Source: Girardia tigrina (lineage: Eukaryota). From it: DNA of 62,745 nt. Shown here one piece after another: positions 1-13,439 of the stretch (the stretch's first letter is position 1; each line of letters begins with the position of its first letter). The stretch lies in assembly GCA_001938485.1 (NCBI GenBank), contig MQRK01252300.1:11319-74063 (forward strand). Direction: 5' to 3'. The notes under the pieces were generated by a model. That model was not told where the DNA came from and did not search any database. It saw only the letters and a list, made by a program, of their open reading frames with translations. The translations under genes and the position numbers were made by a program.

Positions 1-452
1 AGCCTTCACTTCACACAAGCCTTCAATTTGTAGGCTCTCTTTTCAGACCTTGCATGTTCAATCCACTCCATTCTTTGATTCTATTGCTTTTCCTGTAGCA
101 ATTCATTTTATTTTTTACAACAATTTTTCTATTCAAAATAAATTTTAACATAAAAACTCAACATTCTACATTGAATTAAATTTATATTTCAGATTATAAA
201 AATTGAAATATTAATCACACTTCTAGATAAGAGAGACAATACCAAATTATGACACCAAATTAAACCCCCAAAAAATTATTGACTTAATGATTTAAATCAA
301 ATTTATCCTTCTTATATGTATGCCTTCGTATAAATAAGAGATTTTAAATATTTTAAAATATTTATTATTTTAATGTACATATAGAATTTAAAATACCTTA
401 GAATGTCATATTAAAACATTTGTAAACAACAATTTTAAATTTTAAAATTTAG

Positions 453-2487
453 ATGAAAGCAGCATAAAATTGAAAAACTTGAAACCAAATGTTACATATG
501 TTGTGAGGGTTCGAGCAGAAAGTAAAATGGAAACCCAAAACAATGAACGCTTAGGAGAATATTCGGAAATTAAGGAGTTTTACACTGGTTTAAGTAATAT
601 TTATTTATATATTTATTATAAATATTTTAAAATTATATTTTTCACAACATTGTGTTTTCGTTAAAGTTTATCCATATTTTATTCAACAAAGTATGATACG
701 AGATACATTCAAAGTATGATACATTGATACATTTCTTCGATACGCAGCACTTCCGAATATCAAAAGAAACTAATGTAATTGAACTAAGTTTTGAATTTTT
801 ATACTTTAAAGATATGTATAATCTAATAACTTCACTTTTATTTATATAATTAAATCTTAATATCACTTCATAACCGTTAATTGAGTTTTAGACAAGTTTT
901 CCTTTAAAGCCCGTCGCCGCTATTGTCGTCACCCCGCCGAATATGCCCCGAATAATTTATGCTGATGAGCAAAATGAGGAATGGAAAATGAAGACTGAAA
1001 GGGAACGTGCGAATTCCAAAGATTCCAGAACAGACAGCAAGATTTCGCTTATTGTCACTGTAAAGGCGCGCGAGTCGCGTCCTCAAGGAATTAACAAAGC
1101 TAAGATCCGCTCCCTGTTATGCTCCGAATAATCGCTGACTGTAGGTTTATAAACGGTTCGCCTCATTAGTATCCGTATGATTGTAGAATATATCTTGTTG
1201 ATGAACAGATTAATAAAATAAAATGGTAATCCTTAAATGACAATTATGGTAAACAGTAGAAGTTTATGATAGATGGATAATAGTAATTAGGATCTGTTGC
1301 AGATGTGTTTTATGTTAATACGGTTATACTTGCTGAGTTGGTAATGGTGCAGTGATTGACAAATCTTAATGATTGATAAGTGAAATACTAAATGTCGGTA
1401 TTAAAATGCCTAAAATGGGATGTCAAGATGAGAATACCCTAAAATGCTAAATGATAAATTAAAAATCAACTGATAAAATCGAAGGAGAATTGGTTATAAA
1501 ACTGTTGACGGTAGTAAAAAATTGAATAATAATAATTTTATAATAAATTCATAACAAATTAATCATCATCCAGACAGATACATTAGTGGCGGACACGTAA
1601 TCATGGAAAATATTCAGAGCATGAGAGACGCACGCACAGAGCAGAGAAAGAATCAAGTAATAATGAAATTATGAAATAATACAATCATTAGCCGAGTACA
1701 ACAGTATGAAACATAACATGGAATCAGCCCCGTGCGGCGCTGAGCTAGTCGGGGGGCCCACAGCCCGATGGCCTTCCAAACCTGGCACTGCTGGTCAGAT
1801 GTCAGGCGAGGGAGAGGTGTCCGACCCTTTCACAGATAGATATATAAAATCGTATTCAAATTATAGTGGGTTTTGGTTGACCCTTAATAACCACTGGGGG
1901 CTCAAAAGTCTACAGAAATGTTAACACTCAGAAGGGTCGTGACAATATCTTCCAAGTCGTCGAGTTTTACCATAATTGAAATCTATCGAATATTATTCAA
2001 GACAGCAGTTGCGGTGCATAAGTTTGTGATTTATTTATCGCTTTTCTTATCATCTTTTAACTTTTTGTGTCTCGATTTTGCTCAGAACATTCTAAACCAT
2101 ATTTCAGCTATTTCAGACTCATCTGAAATTAATGCGGTCAATAATGACGTCATTGCTGTTATTTCAGATATAAATTAAAGTCAACAACTAATTTATATTA
2201 TTTAAATAAAAACATTATTAAAATAATACTTTAAACATTTCATGTAAACCTTTAGTCCAATGATTTCCAACCTTCTTGTATCGGCGTTACCCTTTTAAAA
2301 AAATTGGTGCGTCCCCCTTTAATTGAAACAAATTGTTGATTCATTTTTCGTGACACCTATTCAATTTTATTGGTTTGTATTTGAAAATGATATTTTGGAA
2401 AAAGCTGTATGCCCTCCTTGCAACAGTCTCGCGGCCCCCTAGGGTGGGGGGCGCACCCCACAGGTTGGAAACCACTACTTTAGTCTA

Positions 2488-2524
<37 letters not shown>

Positions 2525-5500
2525 TCATTGAATATTGTATAAACATTGAATAAAGGAAGTGAACCAGTTCAAAGTTTGAATGTCAGTTTTCCAACATCGG
2601 GATGGATAAGAGTTCAATTTCTTGAGCCATTTAATTCACATGGGACCATTATTAGATACAAAGTTAAAATAATTAAAATACAGAGCAATGTTTGTTCAAA
2701 TGTAATTAGTGATATTTTTTGATTTTAATAAACATAATCTGAATTAGATCAGAAATGTAATTTATGAAACCTATTTTTACAAAACATCGAAAAATATATC
2801 AACTGATAACCTGAAAACATGTGGCAAATTTCTTGTGGAAGTTTCCCCAATCAATGGATGGATTTATCATCGAGGAGTCGGCAAGAAATCCTCAGCTACG
2901 TTTATTTATGATATCGGTAATTTCCATCCTTTTATCAACTTTAACCTCCAAATATCATTTAGGTGGACCATTAACAATTTCTATCAAAGCTAAATTTATC
3001 TCCTCGAATTCCTTGGCCGTTTATATCTCAAATATTACAAAAGATCCAAGATGCAATTTGGTCGCATTTGTTATTGAAGTTCTCAATGAAAAGAATCCTT
3101 CAAATTGTATCACGAGAATCATTTCCAATCTCGATTGTCCGAATTTAAGAAATGTTCTTGAATAAATATTTAATGTTTATTATGAAAAATGTGTTTTATT
3201 TTCAGATGGTTCAAAGTAAATCGAAATGTTCAAAAATTGAAATAATAAAATGGAATGAAAACTCATCGAATATGGAGTCAATGTTCTCGGGAATATTCGA
3301 GCCTCGAAATATGTATCAAACAACCGTTTGGAAAATAACAAATAAATTTTATAAATTAGCGTCTATTTCATCTTCAAACGCAAATTTAACAGGTTACATA
3401 ATTTACATAAATAAAATAAAAGCCAAATTTAATAAATTTAACAAAAAAATAATAAATTGATAACTTGAATCTCAAATAGCAATTATGAACATGACCGAAC
3501 AGTAAAACTACATTCTTTCTATGAAATAGTGGAAATATCCTGATCGACATACCAACGAATTCTTCATGATGATTTGGTGTTACACAGTGTTTGCGTTTGA
3601 TGGGTACCCCACACATTTAGCGCCAATCAGAAGAATCAATGAGTAAAGGTTGCTGGAATAGATAAGAAGTGCCTATACGCCTAGATAATGCCTACGAAAA
3701 ACGTTTCTCACGCATAGGTAGGATCTGAAGGAAACAGACTCTAACAAGCTTGTAGAATCATTGCAGATAAGAAATTGTGCATCAGTGGCCATGGACTTTC
3801 TTGAAAATCCTTATTTTTAAGTACAGGAGCATGTGATGATCATCAACTTTCCGAGAAACGTATTCTTCGACAATTTAAAGCAAATTCGAAGTCATGGAAG
3901 TCTTAAAATAATGCGTGACAATGTTTGATCCATTACAGTCAATTTAACAGAAACTTTCTTAGAGCAGAGGGCAATAATTTGTATTCCGCAACCATCATAC
4001 CCTTCTGATAGGAACCTGGTGGATCGTCAGGAACAAAAGGAGAGAAGAAAACTTTCATATAGTATCGTATTGTCCCGTGGCCTAAAATAGATACTTTACC
4101 TCATTGTTATCATTTGGCATGAAGCACTCATATGTCAAAAATGATCTTTATTATGATTTTTATAGGAAATAAATCACTTTCCACAGGGGTGCTTCATGGA
4201 AATGATAAAAATGAGGTAACATATCTAGTTCAGTCTGCGGGACATTGCGTTACTATTTCCGGCTATGAGATTGGCCGCCTACAAGATGATCTCTAAAGCA
4301 TTATCTTACATGGAGGTGAATATTTGAAACAATTTAGACTCATTATCATTCCTTTAATTGAAAAATATGCATAATATTTGAACTAACCTATGATTAGATT
4401 TATCCTACAAAAAATCTTTTTATAATATTGGGTTGGCCAAAAAGTCATTGCGTTTTTCACTAAAATATTTATTATCAAAAAATGACATGGATGCACAAAT
4501 ATTTGTACACGATATACTGTCCATTATTTTCAATCACTTTATTCCACCTTTCCGGTAGCTTCATTATTCCTGATTCATAAAAACTTTTACCTTTGTCAGC
4601 AAAAAAGCCGTCTAGGAACGATTTGATGTCATCATCACTGGCGAAAGTTTTTCTGTTTAAGGAATTCTACAGTGATCTAAATAAGTGAAAATCCGATGGG
4701 GCCAAGTCTGTAGAATACGGTGGGTGCGGCAAAACCTCCCAATCCAGTTATAAGAGTGTCTGGCGTAAAATACACAATTAAATCATTAAATGCATCCTTA
4801 AAAGATAATGGTAATTTCTAATTTCAGCGTAGAATTAGAAAATAAAACGGGAAGGTTAATATGTCGAAATATAGACTGGCTAAAGCCTTTTAATGAAGTC
4901 GATGAAGATAATTAATTTGTTATATTGATATTTATAGTAAATAATCATATTTCATATTTATATTATAAATTATTATAAGGATCCAGATTAATTTTATGAA
5001 ATTCCTGATTTGTTTAAATAATCAGAATTGATCAATTTTTAATTTAAATAAATTTTGATAATCGGACTTTGTTTTATTAGAAATGGAAAATTCATACAAT
5101 GTGTTTTTGGTCATACCTTAAGAACTGAAAGAGTTGATAAAACAAATAATTAGTTTAAAATGTCAGTATTTCATACCCTTTGATTTACGAAAAGTACGAA
5201 AGCAATGAAAACTTGAATATAGTAATTCAAAGCTTATATCATCGATCCGCTATAAAAGTTAGAAACTCCTTTGGAAAACCGTGAAGCATTTAAAACATTG
5301 GGTAAAATATGCGTTAAAAAGCATTTATTAGTTCGTAACAAAAATTACGTCTAGTTGTAATTTTTATCTGTTAAATCATTTCATTGTGTTTAATATCTTA
5401 TATAGCCTTATTATCAAGCTCATAATGCCTCGAATCATTTAATCATAAATACCGTTAGTTATTTTCCATGAATCACTTCAACAGGAATATATCCTATAGG

Positions 5501-6409
5501 ATTTAGTTAAGAAGCATTTATGCTAAATTCAATTTTAAGAAACAATTATACCAAATATTTTGATTCCCTGTCTTTCAATGTTGTATTGTAATGTCGATGG
5601 GGGCTCGGTCACGGTGTATCGTCTAACTTTTTGTGTCTTTTGTTTATTGTAAAATAAATTTATTATTCTAAAACAATTAAGAAAATTTAAATAAAATTTG
5701 GAATGTTATGAAACTTATATTTTTACAGATTGTTTCACTGATTGTTATTCCGATCGAAGATTTTATTCTGGAATAAGATCATCAGACAAAGATGGGAACA
5801 AGTGTTCTCAATGGAATAATTCCAAATACTCTTTTCAGAAGCATACAAAATCGAACATTTGCAGTACAGCTGGAGATTGGAAACCCTGGTGTCCTGTAAA
5901 AGACCACTGGCAATATTGTGACATTCCTCTTTGTACAGATATTCCCTTTGGTAATTAATAAGTGATAAATATTCGAAATTCACGATTTTTATCGAACATT
6001 AGGAACTGGATGCATTAACTATCAAAACGTAAATAGTTCAAGTGATTCTGTAAACATTACATGGGTTAACCTTTCAAACAAATATTCTTTCATTGGTTAT
6101 ATAACATTGTTACTCAACACCGATCATTTCTGTCAACAGTATCATCTTCAATTGTGTCATCAATGTCTATCAGTATGTTGAGTGAAATTGACGATATTAT
6201 TTATATAATTTCAGGAATCTTTGTTACATAATCGAGTAAAGAATTTCTATGTATCTTGTTCAACCGGATCAGTCGATCAATCGATCAAATATGAGACTCA
6301 ATTTAGTAATTTACATCAGAATAAAGAATATTTAGTTTATATTATTCCAATTGTTAATGAATCTTTTGTTGGAGAAGTGAAGAGAATTTCAATAAGGACT
6401 GATAAAATA
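453..6409 (+). CDS. Partial multi-exon gene: extracellular FN3-repeat protein with one kringle domain (possibly disrupted)
   Basis: Phase-compatible GT-AG exons: 453-587 (LKNLKPNVTYVVRVRAE, FN3 C-half), 2556-2701 (SEPVQSLNV..W..F.EP...HGTIIRYKV, FN3 N-half), 2748-2916, 2963-3153, 3206-3392, 5729-5950 (kringle), 6003-6172 (SSSDSVNITW), 6215-6409 (FSNLHQNKEYLVYI). Start and end not found; the 4.8-5.3 kb exons do not read cleanly. Confidence 0.75.
924..1944. mobile_element. Probable solo LTR (~1 kb)
   Basis: TG...CA ends with imperfect inverted termini (TGTCGTCACCCC / GGGTCGTGACA); flanks ctat/atat (4-bp TSD, one mismatch); no long ORF. Confidence 0.55.
2258..2477. mobile_element. hAT (Charlie-type) MITE
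   Basis: TIRs CAATGATTTCCAACC / GGTTGGAAACCACTA; perfect 8-bp TSD CTTTAGTC; same family as 16598-16753. Confidence 0.9.
2492..2521. repeat. (TA)n microsatellite
   Basis: Direct reading. Confidence 0.95.
3760..4050 (+). pseudogene. Decayed LTR-retrotransposon integrase core
   Basis: SVAMDFLE ... RDNV*SITVNLTETFLEQRAIICIPQPSYPSDRNLVDRQ resembles the rve motifs (MDF; SDNG..F..FL...GI; PY.P..NG.VER). Confidence 0.5.
4150..4370 (+). pseudogene. Tc1-like transposase remnant
   Basis: Frameshifted HG....LV..CG...ISGYEIGRL segment resembling the Tc1 DDE_3 'KHGGG.VMVWG.IS..G.G.L' block. Confidence 0.35.
4428..4765 (-). mobile_element. Mariner 3' fragment
   Basis: TA followed by TIR TTGGGTTGGCCAAAAAGTCATTGCG; minus strand reads WEVLPHPPYSTDLAPSDFHLFRSL...GIMKLPERWNKVIENNGQY. 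Confidence 0.9.
5729..5950 (+). CDS. Kringle-domain exon (phase 1-1)
   Basis: CY...FYSG.....GNKCSQW...NIC.....KPWC.....WQYCDIPLC has the six-Cys kringle pattern; flanked by ttacag and gtaat. Confidence 0.85.
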
Positions 6410-7809
6410 GTAATAATAGTAATTAATAATAATATTAAATTAATATTTAGAGCCAATCTGAAAGTGTATAGCTGATTTCGAAGAATTGAGAAACTCAAAA
6501 AGTGAAATAAGGAATATTTGATTGTTTCAAAAACGTTTTATTAGTTTAACATATTTAGAGCTAATTGTTACATTTTGTGCATGTTTTACAATTGGTGTTA
6601 ATTAAAAAATATATTTGAATTTAGAAATTTCATTTATTCTCATTTGTGGATGTAACAAATGGAGCAGGGGGTAGCGTTTTGTAAAGGGTCCTTAAATCTT
6701 AAATTAAATCGTTTCTCAAAAAAGTACCATTTTTTGGTTTCATTTGTGGCATTTTAATTACGTACGAATTTACAAAGAATGATTAAACCTGATAGTTAGT
6801 TTATATTCGTTTATTTTCATTATTTTATCATTACGACGTACAAGGGTCGTGCGATTGCGCAACTGCTCCTATTTGATACTTTGTGATTACAGGTTCAGTA
6901 GCAGTGCAGCCTTACTATTTTTATTAATTAAACAGGTATATAAATTCTTGACCGCTGATCATAATGAAACTACTCGATTTTAATTTTAATTATTTGTGGT
7001 TCGAAATCGGTTTTTGCAAGAATTAACCGTTTTATTTCAGAGTTGCATAATTGAATATTATTTTAATATTCAATTATTGTGGTTTAATTTAATTAAACGT
7101 TTGATATGGATTTCGACTGTGTTCTTACTCAAATAACAAATTATAGTGCCAATAAAGCTCTATTTTTTTAATTCTTTTTTAACTGATTAGGGTTTCGAAT
7201 TTTTGGATTGAAGAAAAATTATATTTTACCAGAATTTTAAATTTGAATTTTTAGTTACCATTACTGCCTTAGACTAAGAGTTAAAATAATTTAGTTCCAA
7301 GCAATTTTACTGTATAAATCAATAATGAATTTCTTCGTTAATACAATCTTTGAATTAATGCATTTTCAACCAATTTATTTCAATAGAAAATGGATCGATG
7401 TACAAAATTTATCAGTAAACTCTTGGAGTCGAGATTGACTCAGACTTACCATTTTGCCAATTACATTCATTGATAACTAAATAAATTTTAACAATACATA
7501 TCAAAAAGTTTAAAACATTAAAATTTGAGAAACTTGATTCGATAGATCATAGAAACAATCAACTGATGGGTTATATTCAATAAAGTGTAAACTGCCATCA
7601 ATCCATTGATTAAGAATTCATTAGAGAAAGAAAACCCAATTGAAAGGAATTAATAAATAAAAAAATCTACTATTAAAAAACCCTTCAATAAAACGAAAAT
7701 TCAAAAGATAATCAATAAATATCGTGTCCCAAAATGATGAAAAACTATTCATAAAAAATAATTTGATAGAAATCGTAAATAAAGTCAAGTAATTCCCCCA
7801 AACACTGAT

Positions 7810-8400
7810 CGGAACCTGCTAATAGCTTCCTTATGGCTTGATTCTGGGTCGTGGGCACTCTCTAGCCACAGGTTTCGGCCGATCGCACCTGAAGCACTCT
7901 GGAGAATGCCGGTATTCTCTGGTTGTGGTTCTATCGAATAGACACGCGGAGCAACGGTCTGCAGTTGTGCATTCGCAATCCAAATGGCAGATTCTGCTGC
8001 AGCGCTCCACTCGCGCGGGGACAGTTATTTCTCCACCGGTTCCATGCTCCGCCTGAATGAATACTTGCGCAAATGGCACTATCGATTTCAAATTCAGCGC
8101 CTCCCCGTCGTTTCAGCTTTCACACTCTTTCTAGCGACTTTTTGTAGATCGTTGATAAAGTCTTGGCCACAAAGGCCCGGCTACCACCATTGTTGCTACA
8201 AATTATGGCAGCTGATGGCTTCAGATCGGCCACGAAAACCTCCATGCTCTCTCCCTGAGTGAACTGCCGAGAGATGAAACTTGCTCACAAGATCCTTTGT
8301 TGAATGCAAACGCCTCCATCCGTGTCGCTGGCTCTATTCAAAATTCCTATGGGTTTCCGCGTCGAATCCCCGGAAAACGATCAATGCGCCCCCATTAATG
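7810..8400 (-). pseudogene. Ty3/Gypsy gag remnant
   Basis: FISRQFTQGESMEVFVADLK (gag motif) and a degenerate zinc knuckle CFRCDRPKPVARECP; GC-richer than flanks. Confidence 0.65.
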
Positions 8401-8899
8401 CAAAAAAGTAGCATTAGTTGTTTATCCTTGCGAAGCGAATCCGTAAATGCTTGGTAATGTCAAAACTATTTGACAAAATCTTCTCACCTGTTTTACACCG
8501 GCACTATCTACAGCGTATTTATATTTCAGGGCGCGATAGCTTGTGGCGTCGATAGATTCATACGAAAATACCGTAAATATAATCTTTTATTGGAATACAT
8601 CATGCGCTCCTTTTCCCTTTAAAAACTTTGCTTTTTCGGATTATCACCGATTAAAAGAATATGAATTAATTCCCGCTGTCACATCAAATCTTATAAAAAA
8701 ATGCTCCAGGAAGATCTCCAATCATCCGTAATTATTTATCAAAAATTGACTAAATAGGTTAACTAAAACTGGTACGCGTGTGATTGAAAATCAGTTTAAT
8801 TATTAAATTAATTGTGATTAAAAAACTATTATTTTGAATTGGGACTGAGAGATATGTGCTCATATCAGTATATATTTCTCCCTTCTCGATACGTCCTCG

Positions 8900-9900
8900 T
8901 CGCAGTCCTGGATAACTGACCAAACTAGTATTACTGGCCGAGGAGAGAGGTATGAAAGTTGTGAACACTTTCTTCAGTCACAATGAACGGAAAAACCGTA
9001 GCTGGACCCATCCTGAGACAAAGAAGAGGACCTTCTTGATTACATTCTAGTGCATGCAAACAACATGGGTAAAGTTAAAGATGTTCAATGCAAACATCTT
9101 TATGACTGCGACTCTGATCACGATTGCGTAGTTTTGTATCCGAATAGATAACTCTGAGATCGCCTCAGAAAATCACAGATTAAGCGGCCGTAAAAAGCAA
9201 CTAATGAGAGTGCGCATTGCTCGCGATGTGCTCTGGATATTCAACGATCCGGAAGATTTGGCAGAATACAAGGAAAGTATAAACGAAAGAGGGCTTCTCG
9301 AAAATGATGAGGAATTTAAACGCCTCATCAAAGGAACCATATTTGAGCGACTGACAGAGGCAGTCGAGCACGAGAAAGAATATTCGCTTCAGTCGTGCAT
9401 CAAAATATTAGCTTGCACATTCACTTCTTACTTTAAAGAATTTGCTGAGCAGAAGGAACTCACAAGACACATTAAGAATGTGCATCTGGCCACGGCGCCG
9501 ACGGCACAGAGAGGTGTTGGTTCGTTCATATGTCCCATGGTGAACTGCCACAAAATTTATAAAACTAATGGATGGCTACAATTACATTTATTAATTGATC
9601 ATCGAATCCAAGGTAATGGTACTACGAACATCCAAGTAGTACAAAGAGAAGAAACAGAAAGATGTAGTAAACCTTTGAATTTAAACGCGGAACATGATAT
9701 GCCAGTGTCTGTTGGTGTAATCGATGAGGACTTTCCAAGAGTAATCCCTAGTGTAGTGCTGAATTTTCGTCTGGATAATATGTTTCAGTGCCCATTTTCC
9801 CGTCTCCAGAATCACGGAACAAAGGAACATGACTCGTTATTTCTCAGAGGAAGCCAAAGCGTACCCGTGCATTGAAAGCTCGCACTCTTGCATCTGAAGC
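8900..9900 (+). mobile_element. Non-LTR retrotransposon remnant: APE endonuclease C-terminus followed by C2H2 zinc-finger ORF (9204-9875)
   Basis: GMKVVNTFF...SWTHP....(frameshift)LDYILV.....VKDV.......DSDH is the APE signature; the ORF has F.EQKELTRHIKNVH and FICPMVNCHKIYKTNGWLQLHLLIDH. No RT seen. Confidence 0.7.
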
Positions 9901-9957
9901 CGTGTCAGAGGATCAGAAAACTTTGTATTTGTCAAATGGTTTCTACCTTGTACAGAG

Positions 9958-10168
9958 TGTAATGAGTCATAAAAGGGCATAACTTAATTGCCTTATGCAA
10001 TTGCAATTATGTCATTGATCTGACATGATGTTGATTATGTAAGTTATGATGTAAGTTATTATGATGTTGATTGTATACTATATAATTGTGTACTATTGTT
10101 ATTTTAAAATAAATATTTAAATACAGTCTTACTTCTGAGTCACGACACAGAGTCTATGATTCACTACC
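9958..10168. mobile_element. Possible short solo LTR
   Basis: Imperfect inverted ends TGTAATGAGTCAT / ATGATTCACTACC and an internal AATAAA; TSD poor. Confidence 0.35.
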
Positions 10169-11993
10169 CTGTGCGCCAATGCTGAATATTATTTGTAATA
10201 CACAGTTATCGGTAACAGTTGAGGAGGTTTATTATTTTGAATTGAGTTTGTTTATCTGAATCTGTTTGTTTTTTGTCAAATTTCGAAATTTTGTGGTCCT
10301 GCAACCTCATCCCTTTGTTCGTCTAAAAATCCTTTTTTTCCTCCAGAATAATCTCCTCCTATATTCTTATATACCTATGCCGTAATAATTTGTAAATATT
10401 TACTTCTCGATGATTTCGTGGAAGCTATCAAGACGAAGTTAAAACTCCTTTCAACAAAGATCAAGTGCCTGATAGGCCACGTCAATAAACACGTTGTAAA
10501 CACCCACTCAAATTACTACCCTTCGAGTGACAACTCTAATTATATAATGTTAATTTCATTAAAATAATTAATTTTAGATCAATTAATTATTTCGTTTCTT
10601 AATTAAATTTTTTTTAAATTAATATTTTGGACCTAGATATCATTTAATTTGGTAACTAGTTTTCCCAATATATTAAAATAAAATACTGAAATAGAAATTC
10701 GTATAAATAAAAGTTAATGATAAAAATAATTTATAAAATTTTAACATTTTCCTTTAATAAAGGAATAAATAAAGTTTTATTTATCTATGTTATTTTCATG
10801 GACTAACATAGAAATGCAACGACATCAAACGCCAATAACAAATTATTTTTAAATTTAATAATAATTTGCATTTTAATTTTATTTCACAATTAATAATTTA
10901 ATAACGTTATTCCTTCAATAATAATCAGAAAGTATAATATTTTAACACAGTTAAAATCAAAGTATGAAAGAATTATTTTTTAACATAATACCCGTCATTC
11001 TCTATCTACTTTATCCAGCTTTGAAATGATTTAAAAACTGCACTTTTTAAAAATATTTGGACTGTTCCACAAAGAAATTGACATCAACCACTTTCAGTTA
11101 ATTTTGATTTTTAAAGATTTTCCATTACATATACAAGATAAAGTTTCTGAAGAGGTAGAAATTGCTTGGTATGAGACCAAAAGAGTACGAAAACATAGTG
11201 AAGGTTTGAAATTTACTTCCCTCGTGGACTATAACTGTTTGATTAAATTTATGAGCGGGTAATTGTTAACGGGTAATTTATAACAGGTAATTGTGTATGC
11301 GTTTCCATCAAGTTTATATAGTAGTTATTGCAAAAACTAGTTTTTGTAAAAATCTGTCCAAATGGACCAAAACTGAAAGCATAAATAACTTAGTGCGAGT
11401 ATTTACATTACGTTTTCCTGAAACTGAATTTTTCACTCAGATAGTAACAAAGAAATTACAAACACCTACAGATTTAGAATTGAAATTCTGCTTTAACAAG
11501 GACCTTAGTTTATTAATTGTTAGAAGACTTCGAGACTGTCATAATATTTATTTAAAGACAATAAAATGAGGAATATCATCTGTATATATATTGATTAATG
11601 CCGTCATCAATCTGGGTCAAACATACACTCATTCATTTCACCATACACACTATTTCGGTCGTGACCTATTACACAATAATACAAAGATCACACCTAGTAC
11701 ATTCAATACATAAATTACGCAACATACATTTATTAGTTTTGATAAAAATTCTCCTCGCATTAATACTTTCTACAGATTTAGGAAAAGTTGAAGACCAGTT
11801 TATTCAGATTTTTCGATAAGCTTGATTTCAAGCAATCGATTTTATAATTGTTCGGAATTTAAATTTGAATTTTATTATACTGTGCTAATATTTATATTCA
11901 AATCTCATCCTGTCCTGTCAAAAAGACTAGTTCAAATTTGACTTTTTACTGAATATCAAACAATATTCTTTTTATAACTTTTCGTTTCTCTTG

Positions 11994-11996
<3 letters not shown>

Positions 11997-12030
<34 letters not shown>

Positions 12031-12165
12031 NNNNNNNNNNNNNNNNNNNNNNNNNNNNNNNNNNNNNNNNNNNNNNNNNNNNNNNNNNNNNNNNNNNNNN
12101 NNNNNNNNNNNNNNNNNNNNNNNNNNNNNNNNNNNNNNNNNNNNNNNNNNNNNNNNNNNNNNNNN
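11997..12165. other. (TA)n run followed by assembly gap (N 12031-12165)
   Basis: Direct reading. Confidence 0.95.
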
Positions 12166-13439
12166 GTCAAACCTATGAATATCGAGTCCACTTACTACTC
12201 GAAATGCCAGTGTGTGTTGGTGTCCCGAGTTGTGGTGTGAGGGACAGAGCGGCTGAAATTTAACTCACTCTGATTGCCTAGTCAATAAGAGAGTGACTGG
12301 ATAGATGGAGTTTTCGAAATAATTTTTTTTAGTTTTGTTTTTTTCAAAAGCGACTCGAAAATGATAATTCTTTGTTGGGAAAAAGCGATTTGATTAATTA
12401 TTTTGAGACAAAAACGATTCATATTCTTAATTTTAATTTTGACTAAAATTGCTTTGTTGTCACTGATTATTCATGATTTGAATATTTTTGTGATAATTTT
12501 GACAATAAATGATTTTGTTGATATCCAATAAATAAATAAAATTGAGAGACAATTTATTTTTCATTTTGAAATTTGAATCTGATTGCCATATGCAAACCTT
12601 TTTTATTCTGATTTCGAGGATGATCTATCTGAACGATTATTTTATAATATTGGCCAGCACTTAGAGTCCTCCGAGCTCCTAACATTCCTATGTGTTTCTG
12701 CAACCACCGTGCGGTCTCTAGTGCAACCTGGTAAACGGGTGGAACAATAATCATTATTTTTTCATTTAATTACAGGTAAATTAAATTATTAGTCAGTGAC
12801 CTGAATATGAAGGTTGATATATCAAAATGTATTGTCTACAATTATCTTTTGAAATGGATGAGTTTTGTTATAAATATGATTAATGTTTTCTTAATCATTT
12901 AGCGATTCTTGTTTTATCAAATTTTATTGTCAAATTAGACATTTTTGTTCATATTATATTTAATAAAAATAATTTAAGTGATCGATATATGTCATCCACT
13001 AAAAATTATTCTAATTGAAAACCAAAGTAAAAAAATTAATTGTAACAAATAATGATCTTAAAATACTGAAAAAATTGTTAATCGTCGAGCAAAAATTATA
13101 CCGAATTTCAATATGATTTTACTAAAAAGAAACTTAAATAATTTTCTAGAAATATCCCATAAAAATGATATTGCTGATATACTTATCCATAATTATTATA
13201 TCCATCAAAATTTTGATTAAAAAATAATAAAATTTTCGATAAAAAACTTTTAATTTAAATTTTACAAAAAATAAAAAAACAATTTTTTCTATTAAGATGA
13301 AATTAATTTTATCGATTCTCAAAGGAGACTGAGAAAATGTTTTTATCGATTAGAAATTAGAAAAAAAATGAATTAAATTATTTTTCTTTTAATAAACTTC
13401 TTAATAACAATTGTTTAAAATTTATAAACTTAAATTACA

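Noticed and set aside
962-990. CTGATGAG inside the solo LTR
   Set aside because: No stem II or properly placed GAAA.
3560-3640. Harbinger-like QC...DGTHI motif
   Set aside because: Requires several frameshifts over a very short stretch; not supportable.
11946-12263. ORFs containing YIYI and X runs
   Set aside because: Artefacts of (TA)n plus the N-gap.
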